DNA from: an uncultured Phycisphaerales bacterium
Lineage (GTDB): Bacteria; Planctomycetota; Phycisphaerae; Tepidisphaerales; Tepidisphaeraceae
Reading direction: 5' to 3'
DNA: 64,000 nt
NCBI GenBank assembly: GCA_963844715.1
Contig: CAWJPJ010000008.1
Location: forward strand, 894,515 to 958,514
A model generated the notes under the pieces. The model saw only the letters and a list, made by a program, of their open reading frames with translations, was not told the DNA's origin and searched no databases. Positions 31,520 through 41,907 of the stretch are shown here, piece after piece (the first letter of the stretch is position 1; each line of letters opens with the position of its first letter). A program made the translations under genes and the position numbers.

Positions 31520-34289
31520 ATCGCCAGCGGGCCTCGCTCCTCTGGCAGCGCAAGCGTTTCCCACAACGCTACCCTGCGCAATTTGGGAAGCGACGCGAAG
31601 GCGTCGGCCTCGGATAGTTTTGCAACGGCAGAAACCGGAAGCTCAGTCGCCGCGTGGGAATCGTCGATTGAGCGAAACGGGCCGTGCTGGTGCCGGCGCT
31701 CGACAATTTGTTGCGCGTGGGCTGCTTGCAATCCCTTTATCATGCGTAAGCCAAGCCGCACGGCTGGACCACCGATTCCCCAAGTCCTTTTGTCTGCCGT
31801 GGGCACAGATGCCGACGAATTGGCGGGACTCTCCAAGCTGCAATCCCAATCGCTCCGGTTCACTTCGACCGCTCGCACTTCCACGCCATGTTCTCGTGCG
31901 TCTCGCACGATCTGTGCCGGCGCATAAAATCCCATTGGCTGGCTGTTGAGCAGTGCGCAGCAGAAGGCCGCCGGGTGATACCGTTTGATCCACGCGCTGG
32001 CGTAGACAAGCAGTGCGAAAGAAGCGGCGTGGCTTTCGGGAAAGCCGTATTCGCCAAACCCCTTGATCTGGTTGAAGCAGCGCTCGGCGAAATCGCGCTC
32101 GTATCCGTTGGCCAGCATTCCATCAATCATCTTCTGCTGAAACTTTTCGATACTGCCCGCGTGCCGCCACGCGGCCATTGCGCGGCGCAATTGGTCGGCT
32201 TCTCCGGCTGTGAATCCCGCCGCGACCATCGCCATTTTCATCGCCTGCTCTTGAAAGAGTGGAACACCGAGCGTCTTGCCAAGTACCGCCTCCAATTCGG
32301 GCTTGGGAAAACTTACCGGCTCAATCCCGTCCCGGCGGCGCAAGTAGGGATGAACCATATCGCCCTGGATCGGGCCGGGTCTGACAATCGCGACCTCAAT
32401 CACCAAGTCATAGAATTTGCTCGGGCGCAGCCGCGGGAGCATGGACATCTGCGCCCGGCTTTCGATCTGAAAGACGCCGATGGTGTCGGCGTCGCTGACC
32501 ATCACGTAAACGCCGGGGTCTTCGGGCGGAATCGTGTGAAGCTCAATCGGCGGTTGTGTCGGATGGGTATCATTGATGAGCTTCATCCCCTTGGCCAGCG
32601 CCGTCAACATCCCCAGCGCCAGCACGTCCACTTTGAGAATGCCGATGGCGTCGATGTCGTCCTTGTCCCACTCGATAACCGTGCGGTCCGCCATGCTGGC
32701 GTTTTCGATGGGGACCAACTCGCACAACGGCCCGCGCGTCATGACCATGCCGCCGACGTGCTGGCTAAGGTGACGAGGAAATCCAAGCAGTTCGCGCGTC
32801 AGCGCCACCACCAGTCGTACAGTGCGGTCGGTGGGGTCCAATCCCGCTTCTCGAACCTGTTCATCCAGCGGCGCGCCGCTGGACCAGCCCTCCAGGCGCT
32901 TGGCGAGCGCGTCCACCGCGTCAAGGCCCAATCCCATTGCCTTGCCTACGTCCCTCACTGCGGAACGACCGCGATAGCTGATGACTTCCGCCGTCATGCC
33001 CGCGCGCTCGCGGCCATATTTCTCATAGAGATATTGGATCACTTCCTCGCGGCGTTCATGCTCATAGTCAACGTCGATGTCGGGTGGCTCGTCGCGGGCG
33101 GCACTGACGAATCGCTCAAAGAGCACGTCAATCCGGTTGGGATCAACGGAGGTGACGCCCAGGCAATAGCAGACGGCGGAATTCGCGGCGGAGCCGCGCC
33201 CTGACAAAGAATCCCGCGCGAGCGGGCGAAGCGAACCAGATCGAAAACCGTGAGGAAGTACGGCTCGATCTTCAATTCTTCGATCAGCGTCAATTCATGG
33301 ACGATCTGCCGGCGAACTTTTTCAGGAATGCCCTGCGGATAGCGAACGGCGGCGCCAGCCCAAGTGAGTTCCGCCAGATACGATGCCGGCGTTTTGCCAG
33401 CCGGTACGATCTCATCCGGGTATTCATAGCGCAGCTCATCAAGCGAGAACGCGCAGCGTTCGGCGATCTCGACCGTTCTTCGCAGCGCGGCCGGAAGGTC
33501 GCCGAACAAGTGGTGCATGTCTTCCGGCGGCTTGATGAACCGTTCACCGTTGGGGAAGAGACGAAATCCCGCGTCCTGAATCGTACAGCCGTGGCGAACA
33601 CAAGTGAGCACATCCTGGAGCGTTTGCCGGTGCTCATCGTGATAGTGGACCTGATTGGTGGCAAGAAGCGGAACCCCGTAGGTGCGGCTCATCGATTCGG
33701 CATGGCGCAACATCATTCGGTCCAACGGCCCATACACACGCGACGCCGCGATGGACAATCCTCGACCGAAGGCATCCCTCAATGCCGCTGCGGCGGTGTC
33801 GATCGCGGCTGGATCGGGTTCGCCGATTTGTGGATCAATGGACCGGCAAACCAGCGCCGCTAAAAGACCCGTTGGCACCGAAAGCAAATCTTGAAGATAG
33901 AGAATGCAGGAACCTTTTTCAGCCCGGCGTTTTCCCGTGGTCAGCAGACGGCACAAGCTGGCATAGCCAGCGCGATTCTCGACCCACACCAGAACGTCGG
34001 GCGCATCGACGAAGCGCAGACGCGCTCCGACACAAAGTTTGATTGCGGCTTCCTTCGCGGCCTGGTGCGCGCGGACGACGCCAGCAATGCTGTTTATATC
34101 TGTGACGGCAATGGCGGTATATCCAAGCTCGGCGGCGCGATAGACCAATTCATCGGGATGCGACGCACCGCGCAGGAATGAAAAGTTTGTCGTGACGTCC
34201 AGTTCCGCGTAGGGACAGGACGATGCGCCGCGCGCCGACGTTGGCGGCGGAACGACGGGACGATGTTTGGGATTGGCCGCTTCGGGCAT
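31504..34289 (-). pseudogene. dnaE2: Error-prone DNA polymerase DnaE2/ImuC, C-terminally truncated, frameshift at ~33200
   Basis: YAEL..TNFSFLRGASHP, GRGSAANS, PPDIDVD, GFPRHLSQHVGG and YGFPESH; ends shortly after RRVALW. Confidence 0.9.
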
Positions 34290-34304
34290 AGAGAGTTTCC
34301 GCCA

Positions 34305-35631
34305 TCACTCGAATATCCCGTGCAAAAACCATCGTCCCGATTGCGCGACACGAAAGATCCAATACCGATCACCGGCGGCATCCAGAACGTCGAAGTAGTC
34401 GCGCGTCTTCCACCGCCCGTTCCACCATTGGCCGGTGATTCGCTCCGGTCCCCGGATGTGGTCGAGCCGATGGACTTCGCCGTAGTCAGTGAATGAGACA
34501 GGTTCGCCATCGCGGCTCTCCGATGGCCTGACAATGACTTTGATGGAACGCGGCTGGCGCAGCAGCCGGAGCGGACGAAGAAGATCAACCGCGCTGCGCC
34601 GCCCGGGCGCATCCGCCTTACCGGCAGTGTCCCGGCATCGACTGGCGTTTTCAGGGAGATTGGATTCGAGCAATTCTCCCCACTCCACGCCACGATCTAG
34701 CCGTGCGCGCAGCCGTTCGACCAAATGATCCAGTTCGGCCGCGTCGCGTTCTTCTTCTCCACCGATCAACGCGGTCTGCTCGTCGCCCAGCCGTTCCGCC
34801 GCAACGACAGCCAACGTCGCGGCGACAAACCCCTCGCTGGCTTGCAGATTTTCAATCGCGCAACAAATCAGCTTCATCAGTGCTGATTCGTTGCGACACG
34901 GGCGCACCAACCGGATCACTTTTTCGACAGGCGAGGCATACGGCTGGCGGAATGTTAGGCGCAGCTCCCGTGCCCCCTGGCTACGCTCGGTAAGCTGCAC
35001 GGCGATTTGCCTTGTAAGCTCCTGCACCGCGAAATGAATCGCGTCGAGCGATTCAATAGCACCTTCAAATTCGAGTGTCGCCCGAATGGGCGAGCGATGG
35101 ACCAAGTACGTTAGCGGCTCATGCACTGCGCCGGTCGCCTGGTCAATCCGCATCAGGATCGCCGGTCCGAAGCGAATAGCGAGGTCGTTGCGAGAAAGTT
35201 GAAGCAGTGAGCCAATCGTCTGCACGCCCAAAGCGGATAAGACGCCAACCGTCTTGCTATCCAGCCGCAACGCCTCCGGCGGTAGCGGCGACAGTGCGAG
35301 AAGCACCTGGTCATTCGTGATGAGGTGCGAACCGTTCTTGCCAAACGCGGCCAGCGCCCAAGCCGCTCCGGGAGTCGGCGCGATCGTCACTGTGGCGGTT
35401 ACGCGCAGCGAAGCGAGCGCTTGGGCGACACGACGGCGAAAGTTCTCAAGGCCACCGTACAAACGCTCCAGACCTGTCGCATCGAGAAAAAGGGATGACG
35501 GAGGATAAACGCACACGCCTGGGCTGAATCGCATCAGCCAGTATCCCATCGCTTCGAGGGAGCGCAGGTCCGCCGCCGGCGTCGCCGGAAGATCCAACAG
35601 CGCCGCATGACGTGCTCTTGCCGCCGCCAAC
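34305..35631 (-). pseudogene. imuB: ImuB (inactive Y-family polymerase), N-terminally truncated
   Basis: LFLDATG, IAPTPGAAWALA, GPERI...WW...RDYF and WFLHGIF; homology begins abruptly at LAAARA. Confidence 0.85.
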
Positions 35632-36366
35632 CGAGCTATTCGGCAGCGAATTGAAATTCGACCAGACATCGAACGAACCCCCGGAGACGATTCTCCGAAC
35701 TGCACGCACCCAGGGCGATCTGACTGGTGAAGGTGACCGACAGTGTGATTACATCGTTCGGAAAGTGGTACCACATACCGGCGGATGGGGCAGGATGCGG
35801 TGTCATGTCCTAGTTTCCCGAGACCAGCCTGCCAAACAGATTAACAAAGCGTTTTTTGAAACGATCCGTGGAGCCGTGCGCCAACTATTCGTCGAGGATG
35901 TAAGCAAAGGAGAGATTCCGTACAAGTATTTGAGGGACCTCCTGGCGCTGTTTGATGAGCCCAAGGGATCGAGGGAGGAGACTGGCTTCCCAGGAAGCCG
36001 CGAGGCGTTGATACTGTTACCGTTCGACCAACATACAGCGTTTGGCAGGATGGTTGGGCTTTTCAAGGACGCCCGTGATGAGCAGATATCTAGCCACGAT
36101 CTTATCGTGGAGTGCGCAAACCCATGGCAGCATCGCTTTCCCACGGCTTTTGGGGCGTTTCACACTCTGGAAGATCGCGTCAGCAGTCCACAGGCGTTCC
36201 CACTGGATTGGGCCACTGACTACGATCACTCGGCAGTTGATCGTGCATTTGGTCAACTGGAAAATGCGTTGCTTGGGCTAACCGAGGAGCAGACGGACGG
36301 TTCCCTAGGCTATTTCATGCTTCCTGTATATTTCGGAAGCCTCCCGCTCTTTTCGCTCGCTTTGAA
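35612..36366 (+). pseudogene. First gene of the GTPase operon, 5' piece (5'-truncated, interrupted by composite transposon)
   Basis: Joins in frame to 41187-41907 across TSD GCTTTGAA (..FSLALK|YPVLF..). Confidence 0.7.
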
Positions 36367-36426
36367 GTGTGCGATATGTAAACTGCATCTTTTTTCTTGG
36401 GCTGGCTGTCGGCACACTGACGCGGC

Positions 36427-36750
36427 ATGAACAAAGCACAGCGCCCAAGCCCGGAAGAGTGGCGCCAGATCATTGACGGACAGCGATTTAGCGGGCTGAC
36501 CGTGGCAGCCTATTGTCGCGATCGCGGGATCAAAGACAGCGCCTTCTATGCTTGGAAACGGCGATTGCGCTCGCCAAGGAAGCGGAATCGTTCGTCGGCG
36601 CCTGTGTTCGTCGAGGTGAAATCTGCGAAAACTTCGGCGTCTGAAGCGATCGAGATTTGCCTGCGCGGCGAGCGTCGTCTGCTGGTGCGGCGCGGGTTCG
36701 ACCGTGATCTTTTGGTTGAGGTGGTCCGCGCCTTGGAGAGTGTCGCGTGA
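36427..36750 (+). CDS. tnpA: IS66 TnpA
   Basis: Identical translation to 24887-25210. Confidence 0.9.
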   Translation: MNKAQRPSPEEWRQIIDGQRFSGLTVAAYCRDRGIKDSAFYAWKRRLRSPRKRNRSSAPVFVEVKSAKTSASEAIEICLRGERRLLVRRGFDRDLLVEVVRALESVA

Positions 36751-37133
36751 TTGGCCTGCCGACGCTTTCATCCTTGGACGATTCAACCTCGACGCGCATC
36801 TGGCTGGCGACGGCACCGGCGGACATGCGTTGCGGATTTGATCGTCTGGCGGAACTGGCCGGGGCGGTGACGGAGCAGAATCCTCTGGACGGACATCTGT
36901 TTCTCTTTCGCGGCCGTCATGGTGATCGGTTGAAAATCCTTTACTTTGACCGAGACGGCTGGGCGTTGTGGTATAAGCGCCTGGAAGAAGGCACGTTCAA
37001 GCTGCCGCGAATCGACGGCGATAAAAGGTCCGTGGAACTGCGTGCCAGCGAATTGGCGATGATGCTGGACGGCATCGATCTGCGGAGCGTGAAGCGGGTA
37101 AAGAGATATTCACGGAAAAAAGTTCCAGCGTAA
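36747..37133 (+). CDS. tnpB: IS66 TnpB
   Basis: Identical translation to 24504-24890. Confidence 0.93.
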   Translation: MIGLPTLSSLDDSTSTRIWLATAPADMRCGFDRLAELAGAVTEQNPLDGHLFLFRGRHGDRLKILYFDRDGWALWYKRLEEGTFKLPRIDGDKRSVELRASELAMMLDGIDLRSVKRVKRYSRKKVPA

Positions 37134-37171
37134 AAACAATTTTCGATTGGGCGCGTATTGATAGCATCGTC

Positions 37172-38779
37172 ATGGATGATGTCTCTACCATCGCGAGCCT
37201 GCCCGATGATCCCGTGATTCTCAAACGGCTATTGGTTGAACGCGACGACCAGCTTCGCACACGCGACCAGCGCATCGCAGATTTGTCACGGGCCAACCAG
37301 CAAATCGAGATCGAGAAGCTCCGTCTTGAGATGGAACTGCTGCGGCTGAAGAAGTGGTATTACGGTCCGCGTGCCGATCGGCTCCAGACGCTTGGCGACG
37401 TGGCCCAATTGCTGCTGGAGTTCGCCACGGACCTGGAAGCGAGGCCGGTGAATCCGGCGGAACTGCCGGCTGACGTTCCTGATGCGGAGGTCAAGACAGT
37501 TCGGCGGGTTCGCCGCGGCCGTCGGAATCTGGCCGCCTTCGATCACCTGCCGGTCACCCGGAAGGTGCATGACCTGGCCGAAGCTGACAAGCCTTGCCCG
37601 TGCTGCGGGAAGACACGACAGAAGATCGGCGAGGAATCGAGTTGGCAGGTTGAATTCATTCCCGGCCGATTCGAGCGGATCGAGAACGTGCGAATCAAGT
37701 ATGCCTGCAATCACTGTGAACAGAACGCCGAGAATCCCCAGATTGCGCTGGCGGACAAGCCCGCGCAGCCGATCGACAAGGGCATGGCCGGTCCGGGGCT
37801 GCTGGCCTACGTTGTGACCTCAAAATTTAGCGATTACCTTCCGCTGTACCGGCTACAAAACATCTTCGTGCGCAACGGCTTTGAGATTAACCGCGCGACG
37901 CAGAGCGTTTGGTGCGGCGACGCGGCCGACCTGCTGCGTCCACTGTACGACCTGATGATTCAACGTGTGCTGCAATCGCACGTGATCGGCACCGATGACA
38001 CGGTGATGCCGATGCTTTGGCCGGGGAAGACCAAGCAGGCCAGGATGTGGGTCTACATGGGTGATGAGCACCATCCGTACAACGTGTTCAATTTCACACT
38101 GAGCCGGAGCCGAAACGGCCCGGCGACGTTCCTGAAGGATTACCGGCAAACCCTGCTGGCGGATGCTTACGGTGGCTATGACGGCGTGGTGGTGGGCAAT
38201 GACATCACCCGTGCTGGATGTTGGGCTCACGGAAGACGCAAATTCGTCGATGCGGAAAAATCGCATCCGCAGATCGCCACCGAGGCCGTGGGGTGGATCA
38301 AGCGGCTGTACGCCGTAGAAGATCGCGGCAAACTCCTGGACATGGCGGTGCGACTGGCGTTGCGTCAGTCTGAATCGATCCCGATCCTGTCATCGTTGAA
38401 AGATCGGCTCTTCGCCTGGCGCGATCAATTGTTGCCCAAGCACCCGATGTCCGAGGCAGTGGGATACCTGCTGAACCAATGGACGGAGCTGAAGGTGTTC
38501 ACGACGGACGGCGCCGTGCCGATTGACAACAACCAGACAGAACAAGAAATGAAGCGAATCGCGCTTAATCGCAAAAATAGTTTGTTCGTTGCGAACGAGC
38601 GCGGCGGCCAGACTGCGGCGATCCTCAGCAGCATGACCAGCACGTGTCGCCGCCACGGCGTTGATCCGCAACGCTATCTCACACAATTGATCGCGAACTT
38701 GCCGACGACGCCGACCAGCCAAATCAGCCAATGGTTGCCGGATAACTGGAAGCGGCGAAATCCATCTCCGTCAGGGTAG
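37172..38779 (+). CDS. tnpC: IS66 transposase TnpC
   Basis: Same as 22858-24465 except one A/V difference. Confidence 0.95.
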   Translation: MDDVSTIASLPDDPVILKRLLVERDDQLRTRDQRIADLSRANQQIEIEKLRLEMELLRLKKWYYGPRADRLQTLGDVAQLLLEFATDLEARPVNPAELPADVPDAEVKTVRRVRRGRRNLAAFDHLPVTRKVHDLAEADKPCPCCGKTRQKIGEESSWQVEFIPGRFERIENVRIKYACNHCEQNAENPQIALADKPAQPIDKGMAGPGLLAYVVTSKFSDYLPLYRLQNIFVRNGFEINRATQSVWCGDAADLLRPLYDLMIQRVLQSHVIGTDDTVMPMLWPGKTKQARMWVYMGDEHHPYNVFNFTLSRSRNGPATFLKDYRQTLLADAYGGYDGVVVGNDITRAGCWAHGRRKFVDAEKSHPQIATEAVGWIKRLYAVEDRGKLLDMAVRLALRQSESIPILSSLKDRLFAWRDQLLPKHPMSEAVGYLLNQWTELKVFTTDGAVPIDNNQTEQEMKRIALNRKNSLFVANERGGQTAAILSSMTSTCRRHGVDPQRYLTQLIANLPTTPTSQISQWLPDNWKRRNPSPSG

Positions 38780-38853
38780 AATCGGTGCGGTGTATCGCTG
38801 ACGCAATTGCGGACACTCCCCTCGAAGGATACCCTTTCAATTCAGGTCCGCCC

Positions 38854-39339
38854 ATGAAACCCAAAACCATCCCCGACGGATATCACTCTATCACCCCGTA
38901 CCTGAAACTTCCCAACTGTACCCAGCTACTTGAGTTTCTGAAAAAAGCCTTTGGTGCAATCGAAAAAGGCAGGCTTGTAAAACCCGATGGCTCCCTGCTT
39001 CATGCGGAAGTTCTGATCGGTGATTCCATGGTGATGGTCCACGAAGCCCCGCCCCCTTGGAAGGCAAAGCCGTCGACGATGTATCTCCGTGTTGACGACG
39101 CCGACGCCACCTACAAGCAGGCCGTCGCCGCCGGTGCGACCACGGTATTTGAACCGGCCAACACCTATTACGGCGCTCGCGTCGCCTGCATCACCGACGT
39201 GGCCGACAACGACTGGTGGATCTCTTCGCCAATCGAGAATTTGACACTCGACGAAGTGCAACAGCGAGCAACCGAACTTCTCGATTCCAGAAAAGCCGCG
39301 TCCAACTCCACGCAGGAACTAATCTCACGCAAAAACTGA
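38854..39339 (+). CDS. VOC/glyoxalase (PhnB-like) family protein, IS66 passenger
   Basis: IPDGYHSITPYL, HAEVLIGDS, YLRVDDADA and YG.R...D...N.WWI motifs. Confidence 0.85.
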   Translation: MKPKTIPDGYHSITPYLKLPNCTQLLEFLKKAFGAIEKGRLVKPDGSLLHAEVLIGDSMVMVHEAPPPWKAKPSTMYLRVDDADATYKQAVAAGATTVFEPANTYYGARVACITDVADNDWWISSPIENLTLDEVQQRATELLDSRKAASNSTQELISRKN

Positions 39340-39420
39340 GTGCTCTCCGCGCGTCGAGCGCAGCGGCCGGTGAATCGTGAGCGATCCGTCGGGGTAGGAT
39401 GCGGTTTATCCAGCGGACAC

Positions 39421-39885
39421 GGAATAAGAGCCCACGGCTTTGGAGTTCTGGACTATTGGCGCCCAGAGTGGGATTCGAAGCATGAAATTCACATCGACTT
39501 CGAGATTTCCTCCGGCGGTGACGACACTCGGATAGCCAAGCCGCCACTTGCCGCCAGCGTGTTCGGCAGGCTGTCGTGTGACCGTGAAACCCTCGCGCGC
39601 GAAAACATCGGTCAAAGCCTTCTCCAACTTCGGTTTCTCCTCCAGCATGATGTCGCGATTCGCGCTGCCGATGTAGTTCAGGTCGATGTCAACGGAGAGC
39701 CGTGGCACGTTGAATAAGAAAAGATTGAGAGCAGTTCCTCCTTTGAGCGCGAAGCGATTATTGAGGAATGGATGCGCGCGGAAATTCTCCAGCAGATTCA
39801 GAAGGTGGATGACCTTCTCCAGAATCTCGGGACGAAAGCCGGTGGCGGTCGCCTCGGCCATGAGTCGCTTTTGTGAAATGGTCAT
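39421..39885 (-). pseudogene. abiEii: AbiEii 5' fragment (copy 2, no 3' part)
   Basis: Copy of 19096-19560. Confidence 0.85.
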
Positions 39886-40703
39886 GCGACTTGCTCCCAC
39901 GCGCACTCGACCATCGCCCTGGGTACGATCAAATTCCACTCACTGACCAATTTCGTGTCGTCGCCGTTGCCGCGTCGCGCCGGCTCCAGATAATGCGGGG
40001 CGCGAGGCTTCCGTTTTCGCAAAGTTGCAAGATGGGATTCCTCGACGGTCAGTTTCTCCCGGTGCTGAGAAAGGAACAGTCCCACCTTGGCGGCGATCGT
40101 GGCGCTGCCGAGCAACACCGTATATTCCAAGACACGGTCAAGGTCGAAGAATTCGACGGAAGCCAGCGATCGCCATGCCTCCTCCCATCCGCCGCTGAGG
40201 TCCGGGCGATCCAGAACATCGACGAATGTGCGCTCCAGGGAAGTGACGCGGAGATCCACGCCGCTGCGTTCGGCGGTCTTCACGCCCCACAGTGTTTTCC
40301 CCGCCTCACGCAGTGCTTTAGGAAATTGGACCGGCCGGAATTCCTGTCCGCGGAAGCGGAACGGGCGCGATGCGGTGGCAGTCAGGTATTCGAAGCGCTG
40401 ATGGACCGAATAAGCCTTGCCGTGGAAGGCTAGTGCGGTGTGATAGCCGAGAACCGCATCGGGCGCGAGCCGGGCGGTCAAGGCGTAAGAATCGACGGCG
40501 ACCTTCTGTGGGGATGTGCCCGGTGGGACGGTGACGTAAAGCCCACGGCGCATGCGCAGCAGATGTCCATGCTTCTCGTGATACGCCAACGTGGAATCGC
40601 GGCTGACGGCGGTACCCTTGTGAGCATGGGCGAACTCCGCCGCGGAGAAGACAGCGTGCTGGGCAAAGAAGTGACTTGGCCTCATACTTTGTTCCATCGA
40701 CAT
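39882..40703 (-). CDS. abiEi: AbiEi antitoxin (copy 2, intact, 273 aa)
   Basis: Single ORF with the AbiEi motifs. Confidence 0.85.
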   Translation of the reverse strand: MSMEQSMRPSHFFAQHAVFSAAEFAHAHKGTAVSRDSTLAYHEKHGHLLRMRRGLYVTVPPGTSPQKVAVDSYALTARLAPDAVLGYHTALAFHGKAYSVHQRFEYLTATASRPFRFRGQEFRPVQFPKALREAGKTLWGVKTAERSGVDLRVTSLERTFVDVLDRPDLSGGWEEAWRSLASVEFFDLDRVLEYTVLLGSATIAAKVGLFLSQHREKLTVEESHLATLRKRKPRAPHYLEPARRGNGDDTKLVSEWNLIVPRAMVECAWEQVA

Positions 40704-41186
40704 AAACTGAGGTATTGTTGCATGTTTAGGCAGACAAAATCAAGTATTACTTGATCTTTCATGCCGTAACTGCTATTTCTCCATTGGTTTCCACGACAGT
40801 CTTCAAGCTGTCGGCTCTTATGCCGCAGCCGCGTGAACGGCGACTCCAGGGCCGACGGAACTGGTCGGTTCGGCAGGCGGAAGTTCCACGAATGGACCAG
40901 CTATCCTGCACCATCTGAAGCGCCTGGCTAACCGCGCGCTAAAGAGAAGTTATATGAAGAGAATTCATGCGATCATCGCAGTTCCCCGGTGGGCTCTGTG
41001 CTCGCTGGGAGCAATGTGATTCCGCGCCGTTTGGGCGGGAGGTTGGTCATGGCGCCCTGAGGCATCCTCCTTGGCTGGCTTCGCATCTGATTCCAAATCC
41101 GCAGAATCGTTCTGGTTCATCCCGCCAGTCTCTCCAGACCGCGCCAAAGAAAATAGATGGGGTTCAGATAGCGCTCACGCTTTGAA

Positions 41187-41907
41187 GTACCCGGTCCTTT
41201 TCAACGTGCGTTCCACGGGCTTTGATGTGTACTTCTCCACGCTATCGAATCTACTTCAGGCAATCAAAGTTGCACTGACGAACGACTTCATCAAATACCA
41301 GATTATGCGCCCGTGGATTTCTGCAACATTTGCGAACCCACTCGCGCAGATAGGCGGTGACGTGATGATCGCTGACCCAGTTACAAATCACCTTACCACC
41401 ATCGAGCAAATGCTTTTCGGAAGCCAAAGAGCGGCGCCAGTCAACGCCGCGTCAAGTTCCTTTGAGAATCGAGAAGGTGGTGTGCTAAACAAGGACTGGA
41501 AATCTTGGTTGATGGGCATTCCGTCCTACCCGATCAAGAACCTTCGCGTCGTTAAGGCGGAGAACGAACGCCTGTGGAAGATCTGGGAATGGGAGCGGGA
41601 GCACTTCCAAATGGATCATGCGTTACGGTTATCCGTTTGGTTCCAGGAAGGCCGTTTCTTCGAAGAGGGGCATGAGTGTTTTGACAAGAAGCTACATTTG
41701 TCCGCACTTTCAGAGATGCTCAAGCACGTGGGGTTTGATGGTGTCGAAGGCGCAGACGGCAAGCCCTTGGTTGCCTGGTTAGCTGAAAATGAAGTCTCAA
41801 TGGAACAGACAATCGATGTGTCCGCCGTTGATGCCGGGCTTCGTTTAAGAAGTGGTGGTCGCGAGTTGGGAACCGCCGTGGATCGCCGTTTGAGAGGGTT
41901 GTCATGA
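41187..41907 (+). pseudogene. First gene of the GTPase operon, 3' piece
   Basis: Continues 35612-36366; its stop overlaps the next ATG (ATGA). Confidence 0.7.

Larger units (their letters stand above)
36367..39420 (+). mobile_element. IS66-family element with VOC passenger (copy 2, uninterrupted, 3054 bp)
   Basis: Same IRs as copy 1; tnpA-tnpB-tnpC-VOC. Confidence 0.95.
36367..41178 (+). mobile_element. 4812-bp composite transposon: IS66 plus 5' abiEii, abiEi and relic IS66 end
   Basis: Inverted near-identical copy of 17803-25270 minus the IS21; flanked by 8-bp TSD GCTTTGAA (36359-36366, 41179-41186). Confidence 0.92.

Noticed and set aside
30375..31949. 524-aa full-length TrbE
   Set aside because: Residues after EDFNAV are antisense read-through into dnaE2.
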